Origin: Alphaproteobacteria bacterium
GTDB lineage: Bacteria > Pseudomonadota > Alphaproteobacteria > CAAHEQ01 > UBA3637
Direction of reading: 5' to 3'
DNA: 64,000 nucleotides
NCBI GenBank assembly: GCA_045614025.1
Contig: JAZLCE010000027.1
Location: forward strand, 63,033 to 127,032
The position numbers and the translations under genes were made by a program. This document shows, piece by piece, positions 47,535-55,470 of the stretch (position 1 is the first letter of the stretch; every line of letters begins with the position of its first letter). Under the pieces are notes generated by a model, which was given only the letters and a program-made list of their open reading frames with translations, was not told where the DNA came from and ran no database searches.

Positions 47535-48347
47535 ATGAATTATAGCGCTATTTTAAAATGGTATCAACTTTCTGGGATTTCGGAAGTCATCAGTGAAACA
47601 CCTGTTGACCGTTTTTTTGCGTTTAAAATGGGGCAAACTGAAACACCCCTTCAAAAAGAAGAAACAAAGAAATTTGTTTCACCGAAAAAAGAAACGACAA
47701 TTCAACCAAAAGATGAAAGTTTATCTTTTGTTGCCCAAGCCAAAAATCTTGCAAATGAAGCAACAACGCTTCAACTTTTAAAAGAAAAAGTTTCTGCTTT
47801 TGAAGGATGCTCTCTTAAAAAGACAGCGTTAAACACGTTTACTGGCGTTGGAAAAGAAAAAAATCCAACTGTTTTTTGCATTTTTGATGCCCCAAAAGCG
47901 CCTGCAGAACGATCAGGAAATCTTTTTGAAGGGCCTCAAGGTATTTTGCTTCAAAAAATGCTTGCCGCTATTCAACTGTCACCCCAAAATAGTTTTATAG
48001 CACCATTAATTCCTTGGCGCCTTCCAGGGGATAGAAAACCCTCTTTAACGGAAGAAAAAATTTGCGCGCCGTTTATTATGAGGGCATTGGAATTAACAAA
48101 TCCTGATTTTATTTTAATTTTTGGATCCATTCCAACAAGAGCTTTGCTTGGCATTGAAAGCATTTCAAAAGCGCGTCAACAAATTCAAAAAATAAACATT
48201 AACAACAGGGAAATACCCGTTATTTCAACTTTTGGACCAGACATGGTCTCAGCCTCCCAAACATCAAGAAAAAATGCATGGGATGATTTAAAAAAACTTT
48301 CTGAACTTATTCAAAATAAAGCACCTAACAACGAAGAGGATAAATAA
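47535..48347 (+). CDS. Uracil-DNA glycosylase superfamily protein (divergent family-4-like) with an N-terminal extension
   Basis: C-terminal domain has VFCIFDAPKAPAERSGNLFEGPQGILLQKML (a GEGPG-like motif variant). About 100 aa of unknown N-terminal region. Confidence 0.6.
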   Translation: MNYSAILKWYQLSGISEVISETPVDRFFAFKMGQTETPLQKEETKKFVSPKKETTIQPKDESLSFVAQAKNLANEATTLQLLKEKVSAFEGCSLKKTALNTFTGVGKEKNPTVFCIFDAPKAPAERSGNLFEGPQGILLQKMLAAIQLSPQNSFIAPLIPWRLPGDRKPSLTEEKICAPFIMRALELTNPDFILIFGSIPTRALLGIESISKARQQIQKININNREIPVISTFGPDMVSASQTSRKNAWDDLKKLSELIQNKAPNNEEDK

Positions 48348-48348
48348 A

Positions 48349-49623
48349 ATGCTTGATATAAAATTCATCAGAGAAAATGCTGATTTAGTTAAAAAAACAT
48401 TGCAAGAAAAATGCTTAACGCTTGATATTGACGAATTGCTTTCAATTGATAAGCAAATCATTCAAATTAAGCAATTGATGGAAGCAGAACTTCAAAAAAG
48501 AAATGCTTTAAGCAAAGAAATGCCAAAAGCAAGCCCTGAAAGAAAAGAAGAAATCAAAGCTCTTTCAAAACAATCTGGGCAACAAGCCGCCGCTTATGCT
48601 GAAGAATTAAAACCACTGGAAGAAAAATTCAAAACCATGATGGGGATGACACCAACCATTCCAGCTCCAGATGTTCCTCGTGGCGAAAGTGAAGAAGAAA
48701 ACGTTGTTGTTCGCACAGTTGGTGAAAAACCTGTTTTTGATTTTGAAATGAAAGATCATGTTGCTTTAATGGATTTAAACGATTGGGGTGAATTCAAAAA
48801 AATCTCTCAAATTTGTGGCAGCCGAACAGTTGGCATTAAAGGCGAATTATTGCAACTTGAAATGGCCTTGTGGCAATATACGGTTAATAAATTAATCGAA
48901 AAAGGTTTCCAAGTAATGAGTGTTCCATCACTTTCATTTGAAAATGCTTTTTATCACACAGGGCACTTCCCATTTGATTATGAATCAGTTTATTCTATGC
49001 CAAAAGATAACCTCTTTTTAGCGGGAACAGCTGAAGTGATTTTAAACAGCATTCATGCCGGCGATATTTTAAAAGAATCTGATTTGCCAATCATGTATGC
49101 TGGATTTTCTCCATGTTTCAGAAGAGAAGCTGGCGCTGCTGGTAAAGATACGCGTGGCCTTATTCGCGTTCACCAATTCAGCAAAGTTGAACAATATATC
49201 ATTTGTAAAGCAGATGTTGCAGAATCAGATAAAATGCATCAATTCATTCTTCAAAATGCAGAAGAAGTTATGCAAGATATGGAAATTCCTTATCAAATTA
49301 TTGCAAACTGCACGGGCGACATGGGCGCAGGGAAATATCGCATGAATGATATTGAAGCTTGGTGCCCTGGTCAAGATAAATATCGCGAAACACACAGCTG
49401 TTCTTCATTATTAGATTGGCAAGCACGACGCACAAATATTCGCTATCGTGAAGATGAAACAGGCAAAGTTAAATATGCATATACATTGAATAACACTGGC
49501 CTTGCAACACCTCGTGTTTTGGTTGCCTTTATTGAAAATCATCAACAAGCAGATGGCTCTGTTAAAATTCCAACTGCCTTACAACCATATATGGGTGGCA
49601 AAACAAAAATTGGCGGAAAATAA
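48349..49623 (+). CDS. serS: Seryl-tRNA synthetase
   Basis: 424 aa. N-terminal coiled coil and class II motifs (FRREAGAAGKDTRGLIRVHQF, TGLATPR). Confidence 0.93.
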   Translation: MLDIKFIRENADLVKKTLQEKCLTLDIDELLSIDKQIIQIKQLMEAELQKRNALSKEMPKASPERKEEIKALSKQSGQQAAAYAEELKPLEEKFKTMMGMTPTIPAPDVPRGESEEENVVVRTVGEKPVFDFEMKDHVALMDLNDWGEFKKISQICGSRTVGIKGELLQLEMALWQYTVNKLIEKGFQVMSVPSLSFENAFYHTGHFPFDYESVYSMPKDNLFLAGTAEVILNSIHAGDILKESDLPIMYAGFSPCFRREAGAAGKDTRGLIRVHQFSKVEQYIICKADVAESDKMHQFILQNAEEVMQDMEIPYQIIANCTGDMGAGKYRMNDIEAWCPGQDKYRETHSCSSLLDWQARRTNIRYREDETGKVKYAYTLNNTGLATPRVLVAFIENHQQADGSVKIPTALQPYMGGKTKIGGK

Positions 49624-49644
49624 TCCGTTTAACTTAAAAAGAAA

Positions 49645-49680
49645 AACCCATCTGTTTTCAGATGGGTTTTCTTTTGGTTT
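49645..49680. terminator. Bidirectional terminator between serS and the convergent CC-repeat operon
   Basis: 10-bp stem AACCCATCTG/CAGATGGGTT with loop TTTT, and T-runs on both strands. Confidence 0.6.
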
Positions 49681-49738
49681 TGATTTCAAAAGAGGAAGAA
49701 TTACCAAATATTTTCATTGGTAACCCTTCCTCTTTTTT

Positions 49739-51208
49739 TTATCGTCCACCTAACGGACCAGCATATCCCTTATCTCCTTCTTCTGGTAGGCCATCAGCAA
49801 CACAAGCACCATTAATTTTTTTGCCCCATGTGATGCAACAAAATGAATTATACATCCATTTACCACCAGCATTTTCGCAACAAGCTGCTGTTCTTGAACC
49901 AGTCATAATATCCATTGATCCTCTACAGCAAGAAGCGCTCGATTCTTCTTGATCTGGATCGCCAGGAGCACTACTGCTACTAGTAACCCATTCACCATAT
50001 GCATGTTCGCAACAAGCTTGAGTTGGTTTACCCTTTATATTTCTCGGAGAAGTTGGGTCTTCGCAACATTCCCCTTCACCACCATTACCGCCATCTGCAT
50101 AATTAGAGCTTGGGCAACAACCATAATAATCTCCATCAGGATACTCTTTATCATCACTGTTTTGACAGCAAGCCCCACCTATAGCAAACTTTCCAGTTTC
50201 ACAACAATCCGTATCGCCATAATTGCCGTTTTGTGGATTCACAAATTTTTTAATATAAACATTACCCTTACAACAAGCCCCTGATTTTAATTCAGAACCA
50301 TCGTCCAGCGTTACTTTTTTCACATAACCATCTTCATCTGATGCACAACAAGCATCAATATCTCCGAGATCTGATACTACTTTAGGGCTTTTACAGCAAT
50401 CTTCTATCACATCTGTTTCACTTGAATCATTATAGGCGCGCCCATAAACAGTTCCTCCTATACAACAACCAAGATCGGCCACCCCTGAATCAAAAGCTTT
50501 GTTATAGGCGTTTCCTCCATCCCCTACGCAACAATTAGAGGTTACTTTTGCGCCTGAATAAGTGATTACAACTTTACCATCTAGAGTCATCGATTGATAC
50601 ATTTGATTTGCCATTGCCGTGCCATCTTTTTCGGTTGCACAGCAATCGCCATTTTCCCATTTACCCTCTGCCGCCTTGCAACATTCCTTTGAATGGGCTT
50701 TTTTATCAAAATCATAAGCTTGAAAGCAACAGCGGTCTGAGTGTTCTTCCCCACCTTGCGCCCGGCAACATCTGGCATTATTCGACCCAGTTGACCAATA
50801 TTTCCAACTATCTGCAATGCAACAAATTCCACCGTTTCCTGGCATATTTTGAGTATCTGCAGCTCCTTCTAATGGCCAAAAGACATAGTTCCCAGGATCC
50901 TTTCCTTTTGCTATTTGACTTGTGCAACAATCTTCTGTTACAACTCCACCGCGAATTGGAATACCCTCTGGAGATAAAGCATATGCCGCGGTAACATTAT
51001 TGATTGAACAACAAGTGCCTCCACGCCATTCAAAGTTTTCTTCATTTCCCCAACCACCTTTGCAACAATCTTCAGAGGTTGAAATTTTAGACATGTAACA
51101 ACAATTTGGATTTAATACGGCTCCACCTCCACCTGACTGAGACATTACTTCGGTTGAAATCACCAAGGCGCCACTCAAAGATAAAATCATTCCCCATTTT
51201 TTCATCAT
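49739..51208 (-). CDS. Secreted vicinal-cysteine (CC-doublet) repeat protein B. Novel; no family recognised.
   Basis: Start trimmed to the ATG at 51208 (MMKKWGMILSLSGALVISTEVMS signal peptide, preceded by a G8 RBS-like tract). The mature ~465 aa contain about 22 Cys-Cys doublets spaced 8-35 residues apart and one single Cys. Gly/Asp/Asn-rich. Confidence 0.7.
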   Translation of the reverse strand: MMKKWGMILSLSGALVISTEVMSQSGGGGAVLNPNCCYMSKISTSEDCCKGGWGNEENFEWRGGTCCSINNVTAAYALSPEGIPIRGGVVTEDCCTSQIAKGKDPGNYVFWPLEGAADTQNMPGNGGICCIADSWKYWSTGSNNARCCRAQGGEEHSDRCCFQAYDFDKKAHSKECCKAAEGKWENGDCCATEKDGTAMANQMYQSMTLDGKVVITYSGAKVTSNCCVGDGGNAYNKAFDSGVADLGCCIGGTVYGRAYNDSSETDVIEDCCKSPKVVSDLGDIDACCASDEDGYVKKVTLDDGSELKSGACCKGNVYIKKFVNPQNGNYGDTDCCETGKFAIGGACCQNSDDKEYPDGDYYGCCPSSNYADGGNGGEGECCEDPTSPRNIKGKPTQACCEHAYGEWVTSSSSAPGDPDQEESSASCCRGSMDIMTGSRTAACCENAGGKWMYNSFCCITWGKKINGACVADGLPEEGDKGYAGPLGGR

Positions 51209-51214
51209 TTTTAT

Positions 51215-51222
51215 CCCCCCCC
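51215..51222 (-). repeat. Homopolymeric G8 tract (C8 on + strand) in the ribosome-binding spacer of CC-repeat gene B
   Basis: Read directly. It lies 6 nt upstream of the ATG at 51208 and 2 nt downstream of the stop of the preceding gene. Unusual in this AT-rich genome. Confidence 0.85.
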
Positions 51223-51224
51223 TT

Positions 51225-52484
51225 TTAATTGCGCTCTCTGGATGCGCTTTGATTCCGGCGTGTATTTCGCGCATTTCTTGAACTTGTTGTTCTTGTTCTA
51301 GATGAAGATCGGGATGATGCTCTGGAAGAGGATCTTGAAGAAGACCTGCCATCATATAATCCCCTAATAGGAACAACATCATAAACATGGTTCACCCCTT
51401 CTTCAATCTCATACGTATTAAAAGAGTTTACAACATATGTGTGCTTTACCAATTCTTCAACATACCGATTTGCTTTTTGATAGGTAAGGCAAAGCGCTCT
51501 GGTTAAGGGGGTTTTATTCATTGAAAGTGAGCGAACATTTCCACCTTTTTGTTGAATAATTTGTTCTAGCCCATCCATCATTTCCCTTAAAGCGGCTGGA
51601 GCATTCAATAATTGAGCTGCGCGAGCTGATAAGGATGGATTAATATCCTCTGGACTTGGTTGATTAAAAAAGGTGAGACTTATTGTACGATTATTGGCAA
51701 AAGATGTCGTAACAATTCCTTTACCTCCACAATCAGAACCAATGCCTAAAATTCCTGTTTCTAATAAACCTTCATAAGAATAAAGTGGATGCCCCAAAGT
51801 GCGATAAAGCGAAGCTTGTTGCTCTGTATAATTGGATAAATCCAATGCATCCGTATGTTGTCCAAAAAGAATCCATTTTGTTGGTATAAATTTACCCATT
51901 AATTGAGCTGGGTCCACCTCAGGATCGCGCCCCAAATCAACCAATTGCATGCCATAAAAATAATGAAAGTTTTCATTTAAAATAGCAAGAACATCTTTTA
52001 AAAATTCTTGATCAGGTTCATCCATCACTTTATTTCCGCGGTTCACTGCTCTTAATTCAGAAGCCGATAATTCAATCCATGGCCGATCCGTTTGCGGGTT
52101 AATGGCGGGTTCTTTTCGATATTCCCATGCTTGATCATCCCCAAAAAAGCGCGTGCGATATAAAAAGATATGCCCCCCTTTTTCATAAAGACCAATGCCA
52201 TCTTCATCATTCACATAAAGCAAGCTTTCGCCTGACATCAAATATCGATAATTGTTTCTATTTTGCTCTATCCATTCTTTAAAAACAGGATGAAGGGTGG
52301 CATAGTTATCGGCTTCTCGATAAAGCCTATAAATCGAAGTAGGGTTTTTGCGTTTGGATCCAAACCTTCCACTTGAAACGCGTTCACTTGGCGTATATTC
52401 GCAAGCAAGCAAATCCCTTGATTCCAAGGTGGAAGCGCAAACGCCCCACATAACCGATAATAACAATAAGTCTTTATATCTCAT
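51225..52484 (-). CDS. Secreted protein with a C-terminal Arg/Ser-rich (RS-repeat) tail. Unknown function.
   Basis: Signal peptide MRYKDLLLLSVMWGVCAST. The last ~40 aa read GRSSSRSSSRASSRSSSRTRTTSSRNARNTRRNQSASRERN. No recognised catalytic motifs. Confidence 0.65.
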   Translation of the reverse strand: MRYKDLLLLSVMWGVCASTLESRDLLACEYTPSERVSSGRFGSKRKNPTSIYRLYREADNYATLHPVFKEWIEQNRNNYRYLMSGESLLYVNDEDGIGLYEKGGHIFLYRTRFFGDDQAWEYRKEPAINPQTDRPWIELSASELRAVNRGNKVMDEPDQEFLKDVLAILNENFHYFYGMQLVDLGRDPEVDPAQLMGKFIPTKWILFGQHTDALDLSNYTEQQASLYRTLGHPLYSYEGLLETGILGIGSDCGGKGIVTTSFANNRTISLTFFNQPSPEDINPSLSARAAQLLNAPAALREMMDGLEQIIQQKGGNVRSLSMNKTPLTRALCLTYQKANRYVEELVKHTYVVNSFNTYEIEEGVNHVYDVVPIRGLYDGRSSSRSSSRASSRSSSRTRTTSSRNARNTRRNQSASRERN

Positions 52485-52517
52485 TTATCCTCACTTTCAC
52501 TTTGCTTTTTTAAGCAA

Positions 52518-55337
52518 TTATCCATTCCCCCCAACAACGCCTTCTTCAGGACAGGAGCCAACATATGTGCCATAACCATTTTCAACACCTGGAGGACAAT
52601 CATATGTTCTTAGCGTTTTTCTTCGCTCAACTTCAACAATGCCACCAGGTTTTGAGCTTCCAGGAATATGCGTATATTTAAAGCATTCTTTTGCTGGCTT
52701 ATTTTTCAAACCTCTGGGTATGAAGCAATCATCCCCATAAGCAAGCCCACTTGGATTACTTGGACAACAAGCACAAGATATTGTTCCATTAGCCAAAACA
52801 CCTTCCTCTTGACAGCAATTTCCATTAATCTCTTTACATACTGTGGTATCACATTCCATTTCTTGCGTGTCTGGAATCACTTCTTCTTCTGTCTTAATTG
52901 TATCTATATACGTGCAATAATCATAGCATTTATCTGGGTTTGGTTGGGGCCCCTCTGTGCACTTTTTACAACTTGTGCATTTTGAACCATCCCAATATAT
53001 GCCTTTTCCACCAGCTTGCATGGATGCATAATCACAACAAATTTTACTTTCCGTTCCATCAATAGCTTGCCCCGTTTTTAAATCACAACACATACTTTCA
53101 GTTGTGTTATATGAGATACCCGTTGGATAACAAGTTGTTCCAGAGGTCCCAGTTGGGCACTGACCCGCCTGAGCATACCCTTGAATCGTTGTTCCCACCA
53201 AAACAAACGTTCCTTTGGAGCGAATAAGTGGATTTGTTGTATTATAATAAAGAGGAGATTCGCAACATTCTTTATAATTATTTTTCACATCACCTTCTGT
53301 TGCGCTCATAGAAGTACCCTCTAATGTTTGGCAACAATATTCTGGCGAAGGCATCCCGCTCCAATCTCTAATCTTTTGATCATAAGTTAACGCAGTTCCA
53401 GAACGTTCAAGCTCTTTATAATCCACACAACAGTTGCGATCTGGCTCTGGAACACTGGTAGGCGCAGTCGCAATAATTCCACATTCTTGTGAAATATTTT
53501 GTCCAACTTGATAATGTGGGCCATGAACATAAGAAAGTTTTCGTCCATTCATATCCGTTGCCACATTACAGCATTCTTGAGAATATTTAAGCACACCACC
53601 TTCATAAGCACAAGCAGATGTTTTTAAACGTTTTTGAAGCCCTTCCATTTTATAACAGCAATCTGTTGTTGGCGTTCCCATAATATCCAATGGAGCAGCC
53701 CCTGTAATCGGCGTTCCCAATGTTGGAACATTAGAAACACCTTCCCATGGACATTGCTCAGTTGTTGAAGCCGTGCGAAACGCCAGCACATCATTTTGCG
53801 AACAACAAAGCGCTTTTCCAGTTTCTGATGTAAGATTTGTACCAGCAACTTGGCCATCGGCTTCTGCCCAATATCCTCCTCCTGCAATGCAACACTGATC
53901 GACCGTTACTTCACTTGTTTGAGATGAACTTCCCAATGGACAGTTTTGATATTGGGTGGATGTTGATCCTTTTGATGTAGCAATTGTCCACGGCAATACT
54001 GCCCCCGTGATGGATGAAATGTGACATGGCACGGTAATAGATGTTGTAGGAGGTTCACCCGGGCAACAAGATGCATCCATCTCACCAGCCCAGTTGCCGC
54101 CAATATAAATCTCTTCTTCCGAAGTGATAGCGTCCGTATCAAAAACCCACGTTTCTTCATAAACCGGTATTCCATTTTCATCTACAACTGGTTTACCTGT
54201 GGCATCTGTTTTAGCAGTGATACGAACAGAATAACGCCCATCTGGGCCCACTTTACAACGAGGTGTATTTTCAATATTTTCAACCAGTTTACAACATTTT
54301 GGCCCCCCTGGAATGAAAACAACATCATCACCCAACAATTCACAACATTCTTGCGATTCAATGTGTCCACCACTTTCTTCAGTATATGGCGTACCAGGAA
54401 CACAAGTCATATCCGGTGTTGGCAGTAAATCAATCCCTTGTTTTTGACCGAAATAAAGAACCAATGTTTGAAGTGGAATCATTTTCTTTGATCCATCCTC
54501 ATTTTTTTCACCCGTATCTACCCTTGCCCCATAGGCCATACAAGCCAAACTTTTTTTATTTTCGCAAACAGAACCTGCCCCTGGAGCGGTTTCTGGATTA
54601 TCTTCATCTTCAAGATTTCTGAGATATTTTTGCGCTAAAGAAATATTTCCTTTAGTTGGGTCAATCATGGTGCAAACTTTATCAATTTGTTCTTTTGTTG
54701 CAATGCCTTCTTCCCCACCCCGTTCTGGGTTTGCATATTTATTTTCTTTTGAAATATTCAAAAAGTCTGGCGTAAAAGGATCCATCGGCGATCCACTCTG
54801 ACTTTGAAGCGCAACATATGCATAATCAAAACCTAAATCGCTTTTGTATAATAACTTTTCACATAACGTATAGGAAAGCCCTGTAACACGAACAGTCCAG
54901 TTATTTTCATCTTCAGCACGAACCCAAGCTGGTGCATCAAGCAAGGTATCAAACGATTCATGTTCGCGCACCTCAACCATCTTGGATCTATCGCCACCAA
55001 CAAGCTTGCCCTCTTCGTCAATTAACCCAGCATCAAAGGCCGATTCTTCCGAACGATACCGCACCCTTGAAACAACATCTCTGATTGGAATAATATATGG
55101 AACATAGTCATCAGCAATACCAACTGTTTGAAATCCATAATGAAGAGGAATATCCCATGAACGACCACCTGCAACTAAAACACTAAGCTGATCCAATGTT
55201 TCAGCTTCTTGATATAAACGCATTGCGTAGCCATAACCAACAATTCCACCAATTGATAAAACCCCCGCCAAGGCCAAAACGCCAAGCATTTCAGCCATTG
55301 TTCGTCCGTTCTCCATCCCAATTTTTTCTTTTTGCAT
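52518..55337 (-). CDS. Large membrane-anchored/secreted Cys-rich protein A with CC doublets and a pilin-like N-terminus. Novel.
   Basis: ATG at 55337 with AGGGGA RBS is preferred over the upstream TTG at 55364. N-terminus MQKEKIGMENG/RTMAEMLGVLALAGVLSIGGIVGY has a Gly before a hydrophobic helix and Glu at +5. The ~900-aa Gly/Thr/Ser-rich body has 14 or more CC doublets plus about 30 single Cys. Confidence 0.65.
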   Translation of the reverse strand: MQKEKIGMENGRTMAEMLGVLALAGVLSIGGIVGYGYAMRLYQEAETLDQLSVLVAGGRSWDIPLHYGFQTVGIADDYVPYIIPIRDVVSRVRYRSEESAFDAGLIDEEGKLVGGDRSKMVEVREHESFDTLLDAPAWVRAEDENNWTVRVTGLSYTLCEKLLYKSDLGFDYAYVALQSQSGSPMDPFTPDFLNISKENKYANPERGGEEGIATKEQIDKVCTMIDPTKGNISLAQKYLRNLEDEDNPETAPGAGSVCENKKSLACMAYGARVDTGEKNEDGSKKMIPLQTLVLYFGQKQGIDLLPTPDMTCVPGTPYTEESGGHIESQECCELLGDDVVFIPGGPKCCKLVENIENTPRCKVGPDGRYSVRITAKTDATGKPVVDENGIPVYEETWVFDTDAITSEEEIYIGGNWAGEMDASCCPGEPPTTSITVPCHISSITGAVLPWTIATSKGSTSTQYQNCPLGSSSQTSEVTVDQCCIAGGGYWAEADGQVAGTNLTSETGKALCCSQNDVLAFRTASTTEQCPWEGVSNVPTLGTPITGAAPLDIMGTPTTDCCYKMEGLQKRLKTSACAYEGGVLKYSQECCNVATDMNGRKLSYVHGPHYQVGQNISQECGIIATAPTSVPEPDRNCCVDYKELERSGTALTYDQKIRDWSGMPSPEYCCQTLEGTSMSATEGDVKNNYKECCESPLYYNTTNPLIRSKGTFVLVGTTIQGYAQAGQCPTGTSGTTCYPTGISYNTTESMCCDLKTGQAIDGTESKICCDYASMQAGGKGIYWDGSKCTSCKKCTEGPQPNPDKCYDYCTYIDTIKTEEEVIPDTQEMECDTTVCKEINGNCCQEEGVLANGTISCACCPSNPSGLAYGDDCFIPRGLKNKPAKECFKYTHIPGSSKPGGIVEVERRKTLRTYDCPPGVENGYGTYVGSCPEEGVVGGNG

Positions 55338-55394
55338 CGGACATCCCCTTTTTTCATATGTCAAAAAGAAGGGTTAACAACCCCGTATACTTTC

Positions 55395-55423
55395 AGAATA
55401 CCAAAAAATACGCATATCGTCAA
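55395..55423 (-). promoter_or_regulatory. Candidate sigma70 promoter of the CC-repeat operon (TTGACG-17-TATTCT on minus strand)
   Basis: -35 at 55423-55418 and -10 at 55400-55395 (minus strand), giving a leader of about 50 nt to the ATG at 55337. Confidence 0.4.
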
Positions 55424-55470
55424 TAACTTTTCTGTTTTTACATAATTTTTTAACAAATAAAAAATGATTT

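Noticed and set aside
51209-51388. 60-codon N-terminal extension of the 549-aa ORF (MFMMLFLLGDYMMAG...), overlapping the 3' end of the RS-tail gene
   Set aside because: It overlaps the upstream CDS in another frame and has no RBS. The internal ATG at 51208 carries the G8 RBS and is followed by a canonical signal peptide, so the gene was trimmed to 49739-51208.
55338-55364. TTG start for protein A given by the ORF track (MTYEKRGCP...)
   Set aside because: No Shine-Dalgarno upstream of the TTG. The in-frame ATG 27 nt downstream has AGGGGA at ideal spacing. The TTG start is kept as an alternative only.
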